Positions 9,828-20,700 are shown, counted from the first letter of the stretch. The stretch: DNA of 64,000 nt from Candidatus Abyssobacteria bacterium SURF_17 (GCA_003598055.1 QZKI01000022.1:15566-79565); one strand, 5' to 3'. Notes: generated from the sequence alone by a model not told the origin. Made by a program: numbers and translations.

Positions 9828-10014
9828 TACAGTCAAGGGTGCGTCACGACTCGGCGGGGTGTCGCCTGAACGCTCTCATCTGACAATGAACCTTAAAGGG
9901 CCTATTGCCGAAATAGTGTTCCTTCCGACAATTCCATAAGAACTGTCATTCTGACCATTTTCACCCCGCTGTTGGCGAAGGAGACTTGACCAAGAAGCAT
10001 TCCTTGCTCTCACT

Positions 10015-10173
10015 GTCATTGCGAGTCATGCCACGCCTGAGGCGGGGCATGACGAAGCAATCTCTGAGTGTGTATCCTCAACGTTGCCTATGAGATTGCT
10101 TCGGTCGCGTCGCTCCCTCGCAATGACGGCGCGGATGTTTCTTCCACGCATAACCCCGCCACAGGCGGGGTCG
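10015..10173. repeat. modular nested-inverted-repeat element, copy A (GTCATTGCGAG-hairpin-GAAGCAATCTC ... GAGATTGCTTCG-...-CTCGCAATGAC-tail)
   Basis: GTCATTGCGAG / CTCGCAATGAC and GAAGCAATCTC / GAGATTGCTTC are reverse-complement pairs. The inner hairpin TCATGCCACGCCTGAGGCGGGGCATGAC and the ~45-nt tail GGCGCGGATGTTTCTTCCACGCATAACCCCGCCACAGGCGGGGTCG are shared with other copies (20901-21047, 37730-37854 and others). Confidence 0.6.
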
Positions 10174-10283
10174 AAGGCTCAGAATGACATAAGTGGTTGC
10201 TCCTTTTTGGGCGACGTGCCGAAAAGAGCTGACCCCATTTGAGAAGTTGCCACCTTTTGCCCGGAGAGTTTCGCGGGAAGCGG

Positions 10284-12671
10284 TCACGGAGAGCGAAGGA
10301 ACGGGTTTCGACGAAAAGCGATGTAGGAGAGGGCGTACAGCAGGGCTGAAAGCACGAGAAGGCTCCGGAGTCCATAAACGAGCGATGCGTATTCGAGCAG
10401 TCCGCCGATGACAGCTCCGAGAAGATTGGAGCCGAACGCAATTTCGATTCGAGGGAACCGCTTGAGCAGCGTTGCAAATATGATTCCCGCAAAAAAGATT
10501 GGCAGGGACAGGAAGACGCCGCCAAGCGCGCCGCGAACCAGAATCGAGTATTTCAAGAAACTGCTTACGGGAATCAGGAAATTGAGCAGCAGAGATGCCC
10601 CCAGCAGGGCGTAAATGGGTGTCAGACTCTTGAACTCGAACCGGCTGCAGACATAGTTTGCGGCCAATATCATCAGGAGAATGCAGGAAATCACGAATGA
10701 GTTGACCAGCCAGGTGGAACCGAACATGAGCGCCATGTCGGTAATGCTCTTGAATTCAATCAGCAAGAACGCGCTTCCGAGGAGAAAGAACGGGGGGCTG
10801 ACTTTCTTGGATTCAGGGAATATCCACAAGATGAGGAGTAGAGACAACGCCAACGTGACAGCGAGCACCTTCCAGTAAGGAGCGGGTATTTTCTTTTCTT
10901 TGAGATACAAATATGGCCAATTATCCGTGGTCACGGACGGGGGGTTGACGGGCGCTGGAAGCACATTGGCCAAAATACGGTCTCTCACCGCTCGTGTCTT
11001 GGCTTCGGGAGCGGGATTTTCCAGCAATCGTTCGAGTCCCGGCCCGGCAATATACATGATTCCATTATCGTAGCCGGTTGCGAAGCTGAGCGGCTCGTGT
11101 TGAAAGACTTCCTCCAACATGTGGAACAGGCGATCAGCTATCCACTCGGTGTGCACTCCGAACGTCAATGCGATTATGCCGTTTTCTTTGAGGTGATTCC
11201 TGGCCTCGCGGAAGCTCTCGATGGTATACACATAATTGTCCAGCCTTAGGTTTGACATGCTCGAGAAGAGCGTGTGAGAGTCGAGCAATCCGTATATGAT
11301 GACATCGTACTTCTTATCCGCCTTTCGGAAGTAGGAGCGGGCGTCATCATTGATGAGGCGCACCCGGTCCGAACTATACGGGTCCTCGGGGTGAAGCTCG
11401 CGACCAAGGTCCAGAATGACGGGGTCTATCTCGACGGCATCCACCTCTTGTGCGCCGTATCGCAGGGCGGCCGCCACGTCGTTGCCGGTTCCGGCGCCGA
11501 CAACGAGGACATCATCCGCCGGGAACAACTCATACACAATGTTGTAGGCAAGGGCGCCCGACTTCAGTATCGGGAACTGTTGGCCATGCTCTTCCACGAA
11601 AGCTGAAGAAAGATTGATAATGTTCTGATGATAATCCTTGTTGACATCCAGTCGGTAACCAAGGAGAACTTCGCTGCCACTGGCTTCGACCGTAACGGGG
11701 AAAACATTGATGCGATAGTAGGGTGACCAATACCCCGGTTGTTGGAAGCAGGTCAGAAAGAGGATGAATCCGCCACACAACAGAGCAGTTGCTCCGAGAA
11801 TCACTTTCTCGCCGCGAACCATCCAGAGGAAAAGAACGAATCCAAAGGCAAACCAGACAACCGGGGGGAATTGAAAGAAAGAGATCGCCGAAAAAGCCCA
11901 GACCCCCAGAAAGCTGCCGGCGATATTTATCGAGTAGGCCGTCAAGGGAGAGAAGAACTTCATCATATGTCCTGTCAAGTGTCCGAGCGGAATGAAGCAG
12001 AACACGTTCATGAAGAAAAAGAACAGAACGACTCCGTAGAAAAGCGCCGTTTGCAGCCCGGGCACTTTGGAGAGTCCCCATATATACTCCTGTGAGGCTC
12101 CGGGATATGAAAGGAACGGAGTCAATAGTGTGACCACTATCACTAACGCCGAGAAGACACAGAAGAGCGGCGCAAAGACAACATGGAGGTGGCGGCGGCG
12201 GCTGGCAAGTGAAAAGCCTACACCCAGCCCCAGGAAACAGGAGATGAGCGGGAAGTTGGTGAAGTAGGCAAAAATGCGGAGTTCCGTCGAAAGCCATCGT
12301 ATAACAAGTATCTCGAAGTAAAGTCCCAAGAAGCTGATGAGAAAAAGAGTAAGCGCTTTTTGAGCATTCCCTTGGTTTGCCAGGAATTCGGTCTGCAGCT
12401 CCGCCCGCCTCCGCAGGAACTCCAGGAATCGCTCTCGATATATGAACGAAAGCGTCGACCACACAATGAAGCCTCCGCCCACTATCAGGAGAAACACCTG
12501 AAGGGCGCGAGCTTTCCGCTCTATGTCCGCAAGCTGCCCGCCGGCGGAGAGGTGCGATGCGACCCAGTCCGGTCTGATGATGAAGCCGAATGCGATTGCC
12601 GCGATTCCGCATCCCAGCAACAGCCACCTGAGCCACGGTCGTCGTCGTTGGGCGTTTGGGTAATTTTCCAT
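10284..12671 (-). CDS. spermidine synthase-like (class I SAM-MTase fold) domain flanked on both sides by polytopic membrane domains
   Basis: 795 aa. Central VLVVGAGTGNDVAAALRYGAQEVDAVEIDPVILDLGRE...LINDDARSYF is a SpeE/aminopropyltransferase-type Rossmann. About 8 predicted TM helices lie N-terminal and about 6 C-terminal. Confidence 0.6.
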   Translation of the reverse strand: MENYPNAQRRRPWLRWLLLGCGIAAIAFGFIIRPDWVASHLSAGGQLADIERKARALQVFLLIVGGGFIVWSTLSFIYRERFLEFLRRRAELQTEFLANQGNAQKALTLFLISFLGLYFEILVIRWLSTELRIFAYFTNFPLISCFLGLGVGFSLASRRRHLHVVFAPLFCVFSALVIVVTLLTPFLSYPGASQEYIWGLSKVPGLQTALFYGVVLFFFFMNVFCFIPLGHLTGHMMKFFSPLTAYSINIAGSFLGVWAFSAISFFQFPPVVWFAFGFVLFLWMVRGEKVILGATALLCGGFILFLTCFQQPGYWSPYYRINVFPVTVEASGSEVLLGYRLDVNKDYHQNIINLSSAFVEEHGQQFPILKSGALAYNIVYELFPADDVLVVGAGTGNDVAAALRYGAQEVDAVEIDPVILDLGRELHPEDPYSSDRVRLINDDARSYFRKADKKYDVIIYGLLDSHTLFSSMSNLRLDNYVYTIESFREARNHLKENGIIALTFGVHTEWIADRLFHMLEEVFQHEPLSFATGYDNGIMYIAGPGLERLLENPAPEAKTRAVRDRILANVLPAPVNPPSVTTDNWPYLYLKEKKIPAPYWKVLAVTLALSLLLILWIFPESKKVSPPFFLLGSAFLLIEFKSITDMALMFGSTWLVNSFVISCILLMILAANYVCSRFEFKSLTPIYALLGASLLLNFLIPVSSFLKYSILVRGALGGVFLSLPIFFAGIIFATLLKRFPRIEIAFGSNLLGAVIGGLLEYASLVYGLRSLLVLSALLYALSYIAFRRNPFLRSP

Positions 12672-12952
12672 ATTCCCCTTTCGCGAAAACGAGCCATTCT
12701 AACACCCTCTTGTTTCAGAGGTCAAGCGTGTCGAGCCGCCGCAGTCCCCTCATTGCATGGCAATTCCGATACCGCCGCGACTTTTTTGTGTGCGACATAA
12801 AGGGTGCTTTGCACATGAAGCGGCTGTGTGAATTGCCGCGCACCCGCATTTCTTATTGCTTGCACTTGCGAATCGTTCCCGCCTGTTGTAAGATTTGGGG
12901 GCAAGTCAAGGGATTGGCCGTTTGAACTCGAGCAGAAAGGAAAGGATAGAGA

Positions 12953-13477
12953 ATGCATATGGGAAGAGATTCAAGAAAACACGGAATTCTCTGCGGAGTT
13001 GCGCTTGCGTCGACCCTTCTGCTGCTGGCCACCGCTCTCTGTGCCTGCGCGAACAGCGCCAACAGGACGGGCTCGTCGCATGGCGGCAGCGAAGGGAAGC
13101 CCCTCACAGCAACGCCCGTGGCTCTCTCAGGAATACGGTCAATCAACGTACCGGAAGGGAATCACGTGATACGTGACGCGGAGCAATGGAGGGAATTCTG
13201 GTCGCGATACGCTACGGGGTCCGCGCCGGAAATCGATTTCGAAACGTTTACGCTTGTTGCCGTGTTCCTCGGCCAGAAGCCGAATCCGGGTTACTCGGTG
13301 AAGATTGTCGGAGCAACCGAGTATCGAAGCGAGGTTGTTGTTGATGTGGTCGAGTACTTGCCGTCGCCGGGAATGATGTATGCACAGGTAATCGTCTACC
13401 CGTACGATGCCGCCCTCATCCCGAAGACCGGGAAACCGATTCGTTTTGCGTCAATCGAGAAAGTGGGGCATCCCTGA
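12953..13477 (+). CDS. secreted/lipoprotein of unknown function
   Basis: N-terminal signal peptide ILCGVALASTLLLLATALCACANS with Cys near the cleavage region. 174 aa. Confidence 0.45.
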   Translation: MHMGRDSRKHGILCGVALASTLLLLATALCACANSANRTGSSHGGSEGKPLTATPVALSGIRSINVPEGNHVIRDAEQWREFWSRYATGSAPEIDFETFTLVAVFLGQKPNPGYSVKIVGATEYRSEVVVDVVEYLPSPGMMYAQVIVYPYDAALIPKTGKPIRFASIEKVGHP

Positions 13478-13525
13478 GACAACAGCCGTCAAGAACGTCG
13501 CTGCGCCCTCGCACACTCTTGTGAG

Positions 13526-14044
13526 ATGGAGGGTTTCCCTATGAATCAACAGCCCTCATGGATTGTCCAATACGCGATACGGACCGACGGGTCTGGACTT
13601 CAAGCGGAAATCGACATCCAATTATACCACAAACGGCTGGACGGCATCACCGATGAGCTGACGTATCATTCACATCTGAGAGAATTCGGAACAAAACAGG
13701 AGAATCCGCATTTTCACATCAGTCATCGAATCGTTTCGAGCCTCGACAAGTCCGCGTATGACAGGCTCATGATTGAGGTCGAGCGTCATCGACAGGCTCT
13801 GCGCGGTGAAGCGGACAGATGCAAGCTGTTCCTGAAGGATGGCGAATGGGAGCAGGTAGTCGACTATTCCGGCTTCTCGACGGCTCAAATCATTCAGCGG
13901 ATAGAGACCTATGAGGCCCGGTTCGGCATGTCGCTCGAAGAATGCCGGTCACATTTCACGTGTGAGAAAATGCCTTTCGGCGAGCTGTCGTTGATCATGG
14001 ACTGGGAAGGCCTCGTTGAAGAGCGCAACAGTCGCGCGCCATAG
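13526..14044 (+). CDS. hypothetical protein
   Basis: 172-aa ORF with reasonable codon usage following the lipoprotein gene on the same strand. I recognise no family. Confidence 0.35.
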   Translation: MEGFPMNQQPSWIVQYAIRTDGSGLQAEIDIQLYHKRLDGITDELTYHSHLREFGTKQENPHFHISHRIVSSLDKSAYDRLMIEVERHRQALRGEADRCKLFLKDGEWEQVVDYSGFSTAQIIQRIETYEARFGMSLEECRSHFTCEKMPFGELSLIMDWEGLVEERNSRAP

Positions 14045-14127
14045 CCGACGTCCGAAGGCCGTGCACGAGAGAATGAAGGGGCGCATATGCAATGCGCCCC
14101 TTCTTGGCTTCATGAGCGGGAGAATCT

Positions 14128-15642
14128 TCAGGGCATAGCCCCAGTATGACACTCGTTGCAGTTCGTTTCTTTCCAAGCCTCTCCGATATCCACCGGGTGC
14201 TTAAATTCCAGACCGTCCAATGAGACAGCCGTTTCAGCTTCGGTTCCCTGACTGATGATGACGTGACACGCGTCGCAATCTTTTCCGATGGTCTGACCGG
14301 CCTTGGTAACGTGTCGTTCATCGTGGCAGCGGAAGCAGCCTTCCCATATCAGGTGCCCCACGTTGTCCGGGTAGACGCTCCATTTCACCTTCATGTACGG
14401 GAAGAAATTGTTGCGATAAATATTTTCCAACTCGTCTATTGCCGCCTCGATGAGGGCGGTTTTCGTCCCGTATACGTCGGGGTACTCCGCCTTGTAGTAC
14501 GCTTTCAGCTCATCGGAGATTGTCTGCAGCGCTACGTCGGTCGAATCATATTCGTTCGCCAGCAGTTCCACGCCCTTCGCCTTGATGTATGGCAGGCTCG
14601 GGTCTATTCGCCGAGTCTGCAACGCGAGGTTCACGGCCGCGTTGGGCGAGCGGTATATGTGCGTGGGGCGGTCATGGCAATCGATGCAGTCCATCCTGCG
14701 AATCTCATAGGATTCGGGACTCTTATCGAGCGGCTCATCCTGCGATTCATAGACGGTGACTGTCCCATTTTCATCAGTCTTGCGAATCCAAGCAATGTTC
14801 TGGCGCTGTTTGTCCGTGGCAATGTATTCGATCTTGTTCTCTATGCTCATGTGCCAATGGATTCCGCCGACGGGCGCAAATGTCGGGTCTCCCCCGCCGA
14901 CCCTGATGAGCAGCCGGATGACCCACGGAGTATTCTGTTCATCCGAGAGGAAATGATGGTTCTCCTTTTGAACCGCTCCGTAGAACTGCTTGGGCCAATG
15001 GCATTGCTCGCACGTTTCCTGCGCGGGACGCAGATTCTTGACAGGCACCGGAATCGGCCGCGGATACTTATTGAAAACAGTCGCATAAATCTGATACATA
15101 CCGGAAAGCTTTGATTTCACGAACCAATCGGCGCCAGGTCCTATATGGCAGTCCACGCACGCAACGCGGGCATGGGGAGAATTCCTGTATGCCGTATATT
15201 CCGGCTCCATCACCTGGTGACACGTCTGTCCGCAAAACATGACGGAGTCACTGAAATGGTACGCTCGGTAACTTCCCACGCCGCTGAGCAGAAGGAAAAC
15301 GAGAGCCAGAAGCACGATTCGGGTCAGGATACGCCTGTTTTTCGGCGAATTCAGGTCCAGTGTGGGAAAAAGGGGCATTGCCTCCGGATGCTTAAGGTGA
15401 ATCCTGCGGCGCCTCAGGATTACGCCTATTATGACGAGCAGCAGGCCCACAATCAGAAAAATCGGCAGCACGAAATAGGTGACAATCCCGGTATAGGGGC
15501 TTCCTCCGCCGCCAAAGAAGTCCAAACCAAGGAAAAACAGAAAGAGAAAGAGCGCCGAGCCCCCGATAATCATTCCTGCGATGCTTGTTCTGTTAATGAT
15601 CAGAGGTTTCTTCGCCTTCTCCGGTTGCGAGTTTGAAGTCAT
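14128..15642 (-). CDS. membrane-anchored multiheme c-type cytochrome (7 CxxCH motifs, 3 N-terminal TM helices)
   Basis: Heme-binding motifs CGQTCH, CVDCH, CEQCH, CIDCH, CFRCH, CDACH, CNECH. Three hydrophobic helices lie in the first ~120 aa. 504 aa. Confidence 0.8.
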   Translation of the reverse strand: MTSNSQPEKAKKPLIINRTSIAGMIIGGSALFLFLFFLGLDFFGGGGSPYTGIVTYFVLPIFLIVGLLLVIIGVILRRRRIHLKHPEAMPLFPTLDLNSPKNRRILTRIVLLALVFLLLSGVGSYRAYHFSDSVMFCGQTCHQVMEPEYTAYRNSPHARVACVDCHIGPGADWFVKSKLSGMYQIYATVFNKYPRPIPVPVKNLRPAQETCEQCHWPKQFYGAVQKENHHFLSDEQNTPWVIRLLIRVGGGDPTFAPVGGIHWHMSIENKIEYIATDKQRQNIAWIRKTDENGTVTVYESQDEPLDKSPESYEIRRMDCIDCHDRPTHIYRSPNAAVNLALQTRRIDPSLPYIKAKGVELLANEYDSTDVALQTISDELKAYYKAEYPDVYGTKTALIEAAIDELENIYRNNFFPYMKVKWSVYPDNVGHLIWEGCFRCHDERHVTKAGQTIGKDCDACHVIISQGTEAETAVSLDGLEFKHPVDIGEAWKETNCNECHTGAMP

Positions 15643-15676
15643 CCTAATCCTCCTTGATTCTTGTACACAGCGTGTC

Positions 15677-16510
15677 TCACTTGTAGCCCTTAGCTCTTTG
15701 CGGCGCTTCAGTCAGTTTCAAAACCAGACATTTGGTGGCCCCGCCCGCTTTGATAAATTCAGACATATCGAACTCATGAATATGGTACCCTCTCTTTTCG
15801 AGTGCCGGCCTGAGCGTTTCCTGGCCGCCCTGGGCTTGAATATAATGATTTTCGATGACAATCGCGTTGCATACGAATTGCTCGGCCTCTCGTTCAGTCA
15901 CCTCGATCCGGTCGGAAAAGTTAGCCTTGATGACCTCGAGCGCATACGCATCGAACGCTCCCGGATAATACACCACACTGTCGGCGTTCAACGGACAGAA
16001 GCATGTATCAAGATGATAGAACCTCGGGTTAACAAGCTCGAGCGACACAATGCGTACGCCCAAACGCTCGGCAACGGCGGCATGCGCAGTCACATCCGAC
16101 CTGATGAGATAGCCGGCAAAGGCATTCTCGTCGTCCGAAAACAAGACGTCGCCCTCGCCCTCGAAATAATAGCTTGGCGGAAGGTGATAGACCGTGTACC
16201 CCTTCTCTTGAAACCATGCTTCATAGTGGGAAGCTTCTCCGCTGCGCTCCTTGTTCCGGAAATTGCTCGCGATAAATGTCTTCCCGCGCGCGAGGCCGGC
16301 ATTCGCCGTGAACACCATGTCGGGCAACCCGGAAACCTGCCTGATGAGCTGGACATCCAGCTTGAGCTCGGCCGTGAGAAACCGGTGAAGCGTCTCCCAC
16401 TCCGCTCGCGCAAGCCGCCGATCGGCCTGCCGCTTTAAACTCATCCATGGATTGATTTCGTACTCAATGCCGAAATAATCAGGCGCACACATGAAAAGGG
16501 ATTGGGTCAT
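15677..16510 (-). CDS. guanidino-group modifying enzyme superfamily protein (DDAH / amidinotransferase / arginine dihydrolase-like)
   Basis: N-terminal MCAPDYFGIEYEINPWM and C-terminal catalytic-Cys context KAGGATKCLVLKL are typical of the DDAH/arginine-deiminase fold. 277 aa; start possibly at the internal Met (16492). Confidence 0.6.
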   Translation of the reverse strand: MTQSLFMCAPDYFGIEYEINPWMSLKRQADRRLARAEWETLHRFLTAELKLDVQLIRQVSGLPDMVFTANAGLARGKTFIASNFRNKERSGEASHYEAWFQEKGYTVYHLPPSYYFEGEGDVLFSDDENAFAGYLIRSDVTAHAAVAERLGVRIVSLELVNPRFYHLDTCFCPLNADSVVYYPGAFDAYALEVIKANFSDRIEVTEREAEQFVCNAIVIENHYIQAQGGQETLRPALEKRGYHIHEFDMSEFIKAGGATKCLVLKLTEAPQRAKGYK

Positions 16511-16531
16511 ATGGTTCGGATTGTGGTCGGC

Positions 16532-17755
16532 TCACCCGCTTCCAAGCCTCAATTCTTCGCACAGTTCTCGGAAAAACGGCTCGACGTCGGTAACAATCCC
16601 GAGCGCCTGAAACGAGCCGCGGTCGGCCAGCTTCGTCACGACTGCCGGATTGATATCCACACAGATGGTCTTCACCGTCGCAGGCAGCAGGTTGCCGACG
16701 GCGATCGAGTGAAGCGTCGTGGCAACCATGAGCGCCACACGGACACCGCGAATCATTGCGCGCATTTGCTGCTGCGCCCGTATCACGTCGGTGATGACCT
16801 CGGGCAGCGGGCCGTCGTCACGGATGGAGCCCGCAAGCAAGAACGGCACGCCGTGGGTGACGCACGCATGCATGATCCCGCGTGTCAGCACACCCTTTTC
16901 GACAGCGCTCTTGATTCCTCCGCTTTTCCGGATGGTATTGATGGCGCGCATGTGATTCTCATGCCCGTGCTCGGCCGGAATCCCTTTGTCCAGATACACG
17001 CCGAGCGACGTGCCGTACAGCGCATACTCGATGTCATGCACGGCCAGCGCATTTCCGGCGAACAGCACATTGACGTAGCCCGATTCGATCAGGCGGACGA
17101 AGTGGGGCACAGCGCCCGTGTGCACGATCGCAGGACCCGCCACAACCAGTATCTTCTGCCCCCGATAGCGAACGTCCTGAAAGCAGCGCGCGACATCTTT
17201 GACGACCGCTCCCTTCGGCTTCTCGGTAGAGACCGAGCTTGACATGAAACCGAAGACGTCCTCCTTCGCCGGGCGTTCGAGCGGAGCGACTCTCACCCCT
17301 CGATGACCGACAACAATGAGGTCACCCGCGCGAGCCTCACTGATGGGCACGCACTCGGCGAGGGAGCAGTCGGCGGAGACGCGAATGCCGCAGTCCATCT
17401 CAGGCTGTTGCACCTCTATCCATCGGCCGCCGCACCTGATGAATGTCTGCTGGTTTGTCGTCGAATAGAAATTGTCGGGAAACACGCCGTCCTTCTCAAC
17501 GCGCTCCGACGCGCAGTCCTGCTCATCCACCGGAACGGCGCCGTGGTGTCGGATTCTCTTGAGAACATTCTCGAGTGTCGCCGCATCTTTGGCCGTCAGC
17601 CGTATCCGGGCGTAACTCGGGTCTTCCCTCTTCTTGCCCACTCGCAATTCTTCGATGTGGAAATCAATCCCATTTCGTACAATGTCATCGAGGATTTTGG
17701 GGAGCAACAGGGAATCAATGATGTGGCCGGAAATCTCGACGGTGTCACTGTACAT
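16532..17755 (-). CDS. TIGR00300-family protein (archaeal/cyanobacterial-type ornithine cyclodeaminase-like)
   Basis: 407 aa. The size and overall pattern resemble the TIGR00300 family that forms the C-terminal domain of cyanobacterial ArgZ/AgrE. Tightly linked between putA and the GME gene. Assignment from memory, not searched. Confidence 0.5.
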   Translation of the reverse strand: MYSDTVEISGHIIDSLLLPKILDDIVRNGIDFHIEELRVGKKREDPSYARIRLTAKDAATLENVLKRIRHHGAVPVDEQDCASERVEKDGVFPDNFYSTTNQQTFIRCGGRWIEVQQPEMDCGIRVSADCSLAECVPISEARAGDLIVVGHRGVRVAPLERPAKEDVFGFMSSSVSTEKPKGAVVKDVARCFQDVRYRGQKILVVAGPAIVHTGAVPHFVRLIESGYVNVLFAGNALAVHDIEYALYGTSLGVYLDKGIPAEHGHENHMRAINTIRKSGGIKSAVEKGVLTRGIMHACVTHGVPFLLAGSIRDDGPLPEVITDVIRAQQQMRAMIRGVRVALMVATTLHSIAVGNLLPATVKTICVDINPAVVTKLADRGSFQALGIVTDVEPFFRELCEELRLGSG

Positions 17756-17758
17756 CGC

Positions 17759-20700
17759 TCATAACTCCTCGATAGGAGCGAACCCGTGCCTCATGATATT
17801 TTCGCTCACTGTCTGCGGAAGCAAGAATTGGATGAGGTAGTCCGGCCCTCCGGCCTTCGAGCCGATACCCGACATCTTGAAGCCGCCGAAGGGTTGCCGC
17901 TGAACGACCGCCCCGGTTATCTTCCGGTTTATGTAAAGGTTGCCGACCATGAAGTACTGTTTGGCCAACTCAATATGTTTCGGACTCCGCGAATAGATGC
18001 CACCCGTCAGGCCGTATTGGGTAGCGTTTGCAATCTGTAGCGCTTCCACAAAATCACACGCGCGCAAAACGGCGAGCACCGGCCCGAAAATCTCCTCCTG
18101 CGCGAGCGCACTTCCGGGTGCGACATTGGCGAATATCGTGGGGCCGACAAAGAATCCTTCTGTGAGATGGGATACGTCAACCTCCAGCAGGAGCCGAGCT
18201 TCGCGCCGTCCTCTCTCGATGTATCCACGAACTTTCTCGAGCGCCTCCGCATCAATGAGCGGCCCCACGCGAGTTGACGGCTCCTCGGCCGGACCGACCC
18301 GGAGGCTCCGCGCCGCCTCGACCAGGCGAGGCACAAAAACATCATACACGCTCTCCGTCACAATCACCCGCGAAGCCGCCGAACACTTCTGCCCCTGATA
18401 GCCGAATGCCGACGCGACAACGCCGAGCACAGCCGCATCAAGGTCTGCGCTCTCATCCACGATAATCGCGTTCTTTCCCCCCATCTCGGCCACGACTTTC
18501 TTGATTCCGTTCCGGGACGGATGCTCAGCGGCCAGCAGGTTGATACGAGTGCCCACCTCGCGCGAGCCGGTGAAGGCGATGAAATCGGTCTCCGGACTCT
18601 TCACAAGATGCTCGCCGACAGTCTTACCCGGTCCGGGCACGAGATTCGCCACACCGGAGGGAATGCCGGCCTCCTCGTATATCTGCATCAGATGGACGGC
18701 AATCACCGGCGATTGAGGCGCGGGCTTCATGATGACGGCATTGCCCGCGGCAATCGCCGCCGAGGACATGCCGGTCAGTATCGCGAACGGGAAATTCCAC
18801 GGGGCAATGACGGCGCCCACTCCGCGCGGCAGGTACACATACTCATTTCGCTCGCCGGGCAGCCGGGCCGTCAACGTGTCCGCAGTGAGCCGGACTATTT
18901 CGCTGGAATAATATCTCAGGTAATCGATGGCCTCAGCGACATCAGCATCCGCCTCGCGCCATGTCTTGCCGACCTCGTACACCTCGAGCGCAGCAAGCTC
19001 GAAGCGCCGATGCTGCATGATGTCCGCCGCGCGCAGGAGCAATTCGGCGCGCTCCTCGGCTGTTGTCTGCCTCCACGCCTCGAATGCATCCCGCGCCCGA
19101 TTGAGCGCATCTTCAGCATGCTCGACTGAAGCCTCGGCGACCCGGCCGACAACCTGATGCGGATACGACGGATTTATTGATACTGCCGTCTTCTCTGTGT
19201 CAATTCGTTCGCCGCCAATGAGCATCGGATATGACTGACCCAGCCGCGAAGCCACTTCCTCGAGCGCATTCCGCATCCGACGCCTTGATTCTACATGTGA
19301 GAAATCGACGATCGGCTCGTTTTCAAACCCCGGACGCTTCCGCGCGGGCTTTGCCGGTGGGGCGACAACTCCCTTTCCTCTTTCCAGCGATATGACCTCG
19401 CGCGGGTCCCCAAGCAATTCTTCCGGTGACAACCCCATGAAGAAATCCTGGCGGAGAAATGACTCATTCGAGGTGTTCTCCAGCATCCTGCGCACGAGAT
19501 AGGCCATGCCCGGAAGCAGCTCTCCGAACGGCGTGTATATCCTAAGTGGATACGGCGTTTTCAAGATAGCGCTCTTTATCGGGTCGCCCATGCCGTAGAG
19601 CATCTGGAACTCGAGCTGTGACGGCTCGATGCCGAGCGCCTCGGCGCAGGCCATCGCATGGGCCATGCTTCTAATGTTGTGGCTGCCGATAGCCGTCCTG
19701 ACGGAGGGGAAATGACCCAGCAGAATCTCGGTCAAGCGCTCGAAGTTGGCGTCGGTCTCGGCCTTCGAGGTGAACACCGGTATCTGCCAGCCCATCTGCT
19801 TTGCATTGATAAGTTCATAATCCCAGTATGCACCCTTCACCAGCCGGACGGTGACAGGACACCCCCGACCGCCGACCCAGTCAAGCAGGCCGAGGAGCAT
19901 GTTCTCCGAGCCACGCAGATACGCCTGAATCACAATGCCCGCGCCGGGAAAGTCGCGAAACTCCTGCTCCCCGAAAAGGTCGCGGAAAATCTCGAGCGTG
20001 AGCTCGCCATACTCATACTGCTCCATATCCACGTACACGAACGCGCCGACCTCTCGCGCAACCCGCACTATCTCGCGAAGCCGTCGCTTGACGACCTCTT
20101 TGCTGCCGACTTCGTTCACCGGGTCAAACTGCGAGAAAAGTGAAGAGAGCTTGAGTGATATATTCGGGCCGTCATGCGCCAGCGCGTCTGCTTCGAGTTC
20201 CTTCCATGCGGACGCCAACGTGCGGAGCGCTTCCTTGTATGCGTTCATGTATCGGTCGGCTTCCGGTTCGCTCACCACCGCCTCGCCAAGCAAATCTAAG
20301 GTGAACGTCATTCCTTGCTTGCGGATTTCCCGCAGGACCGCCAAGGACTCCTGGACGTTTCCGCCGGCGATGAACCTGTGGGCCATCCGTGTCATCATCG
20401 AGCGGGTCTCTTGGGCGAGCAGCGAACGCGTGACCGCCGCAGGACTCGAAAGGTCTATCCCAACGCGGAGGAACGCCGGGAACTCCCTGTTCGAGCGGGG
20501 GAAATACTGCTGCAAGTGGCTGACAATTTGTCGCGGAGTCCGCAGCGCGGGGAAGACATCCACAAAACGCAGAAGTTGCGTCTTCATGGTGTTATTCTTC
20601 ATGCACCATTCCAGAAGCTGGTTCTCCCACCACTGCGACTTGAAGACCGAAGGCGTCTTCTCCTCCACCTCGGAGAACAGCTCGAAGCCGATTGTCTTCG

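Noticed and set aside
11530-12705. 391-aa minus-strand ORF overlapping the 795-aa membrane protein in another frame
   Set aside because: It is in the same region and on the same strand as a gene with clear SpeE and TM features. It is Pro/Arg/Cys-rich with a CPPPPPPCC run that is implausible for a real protein.
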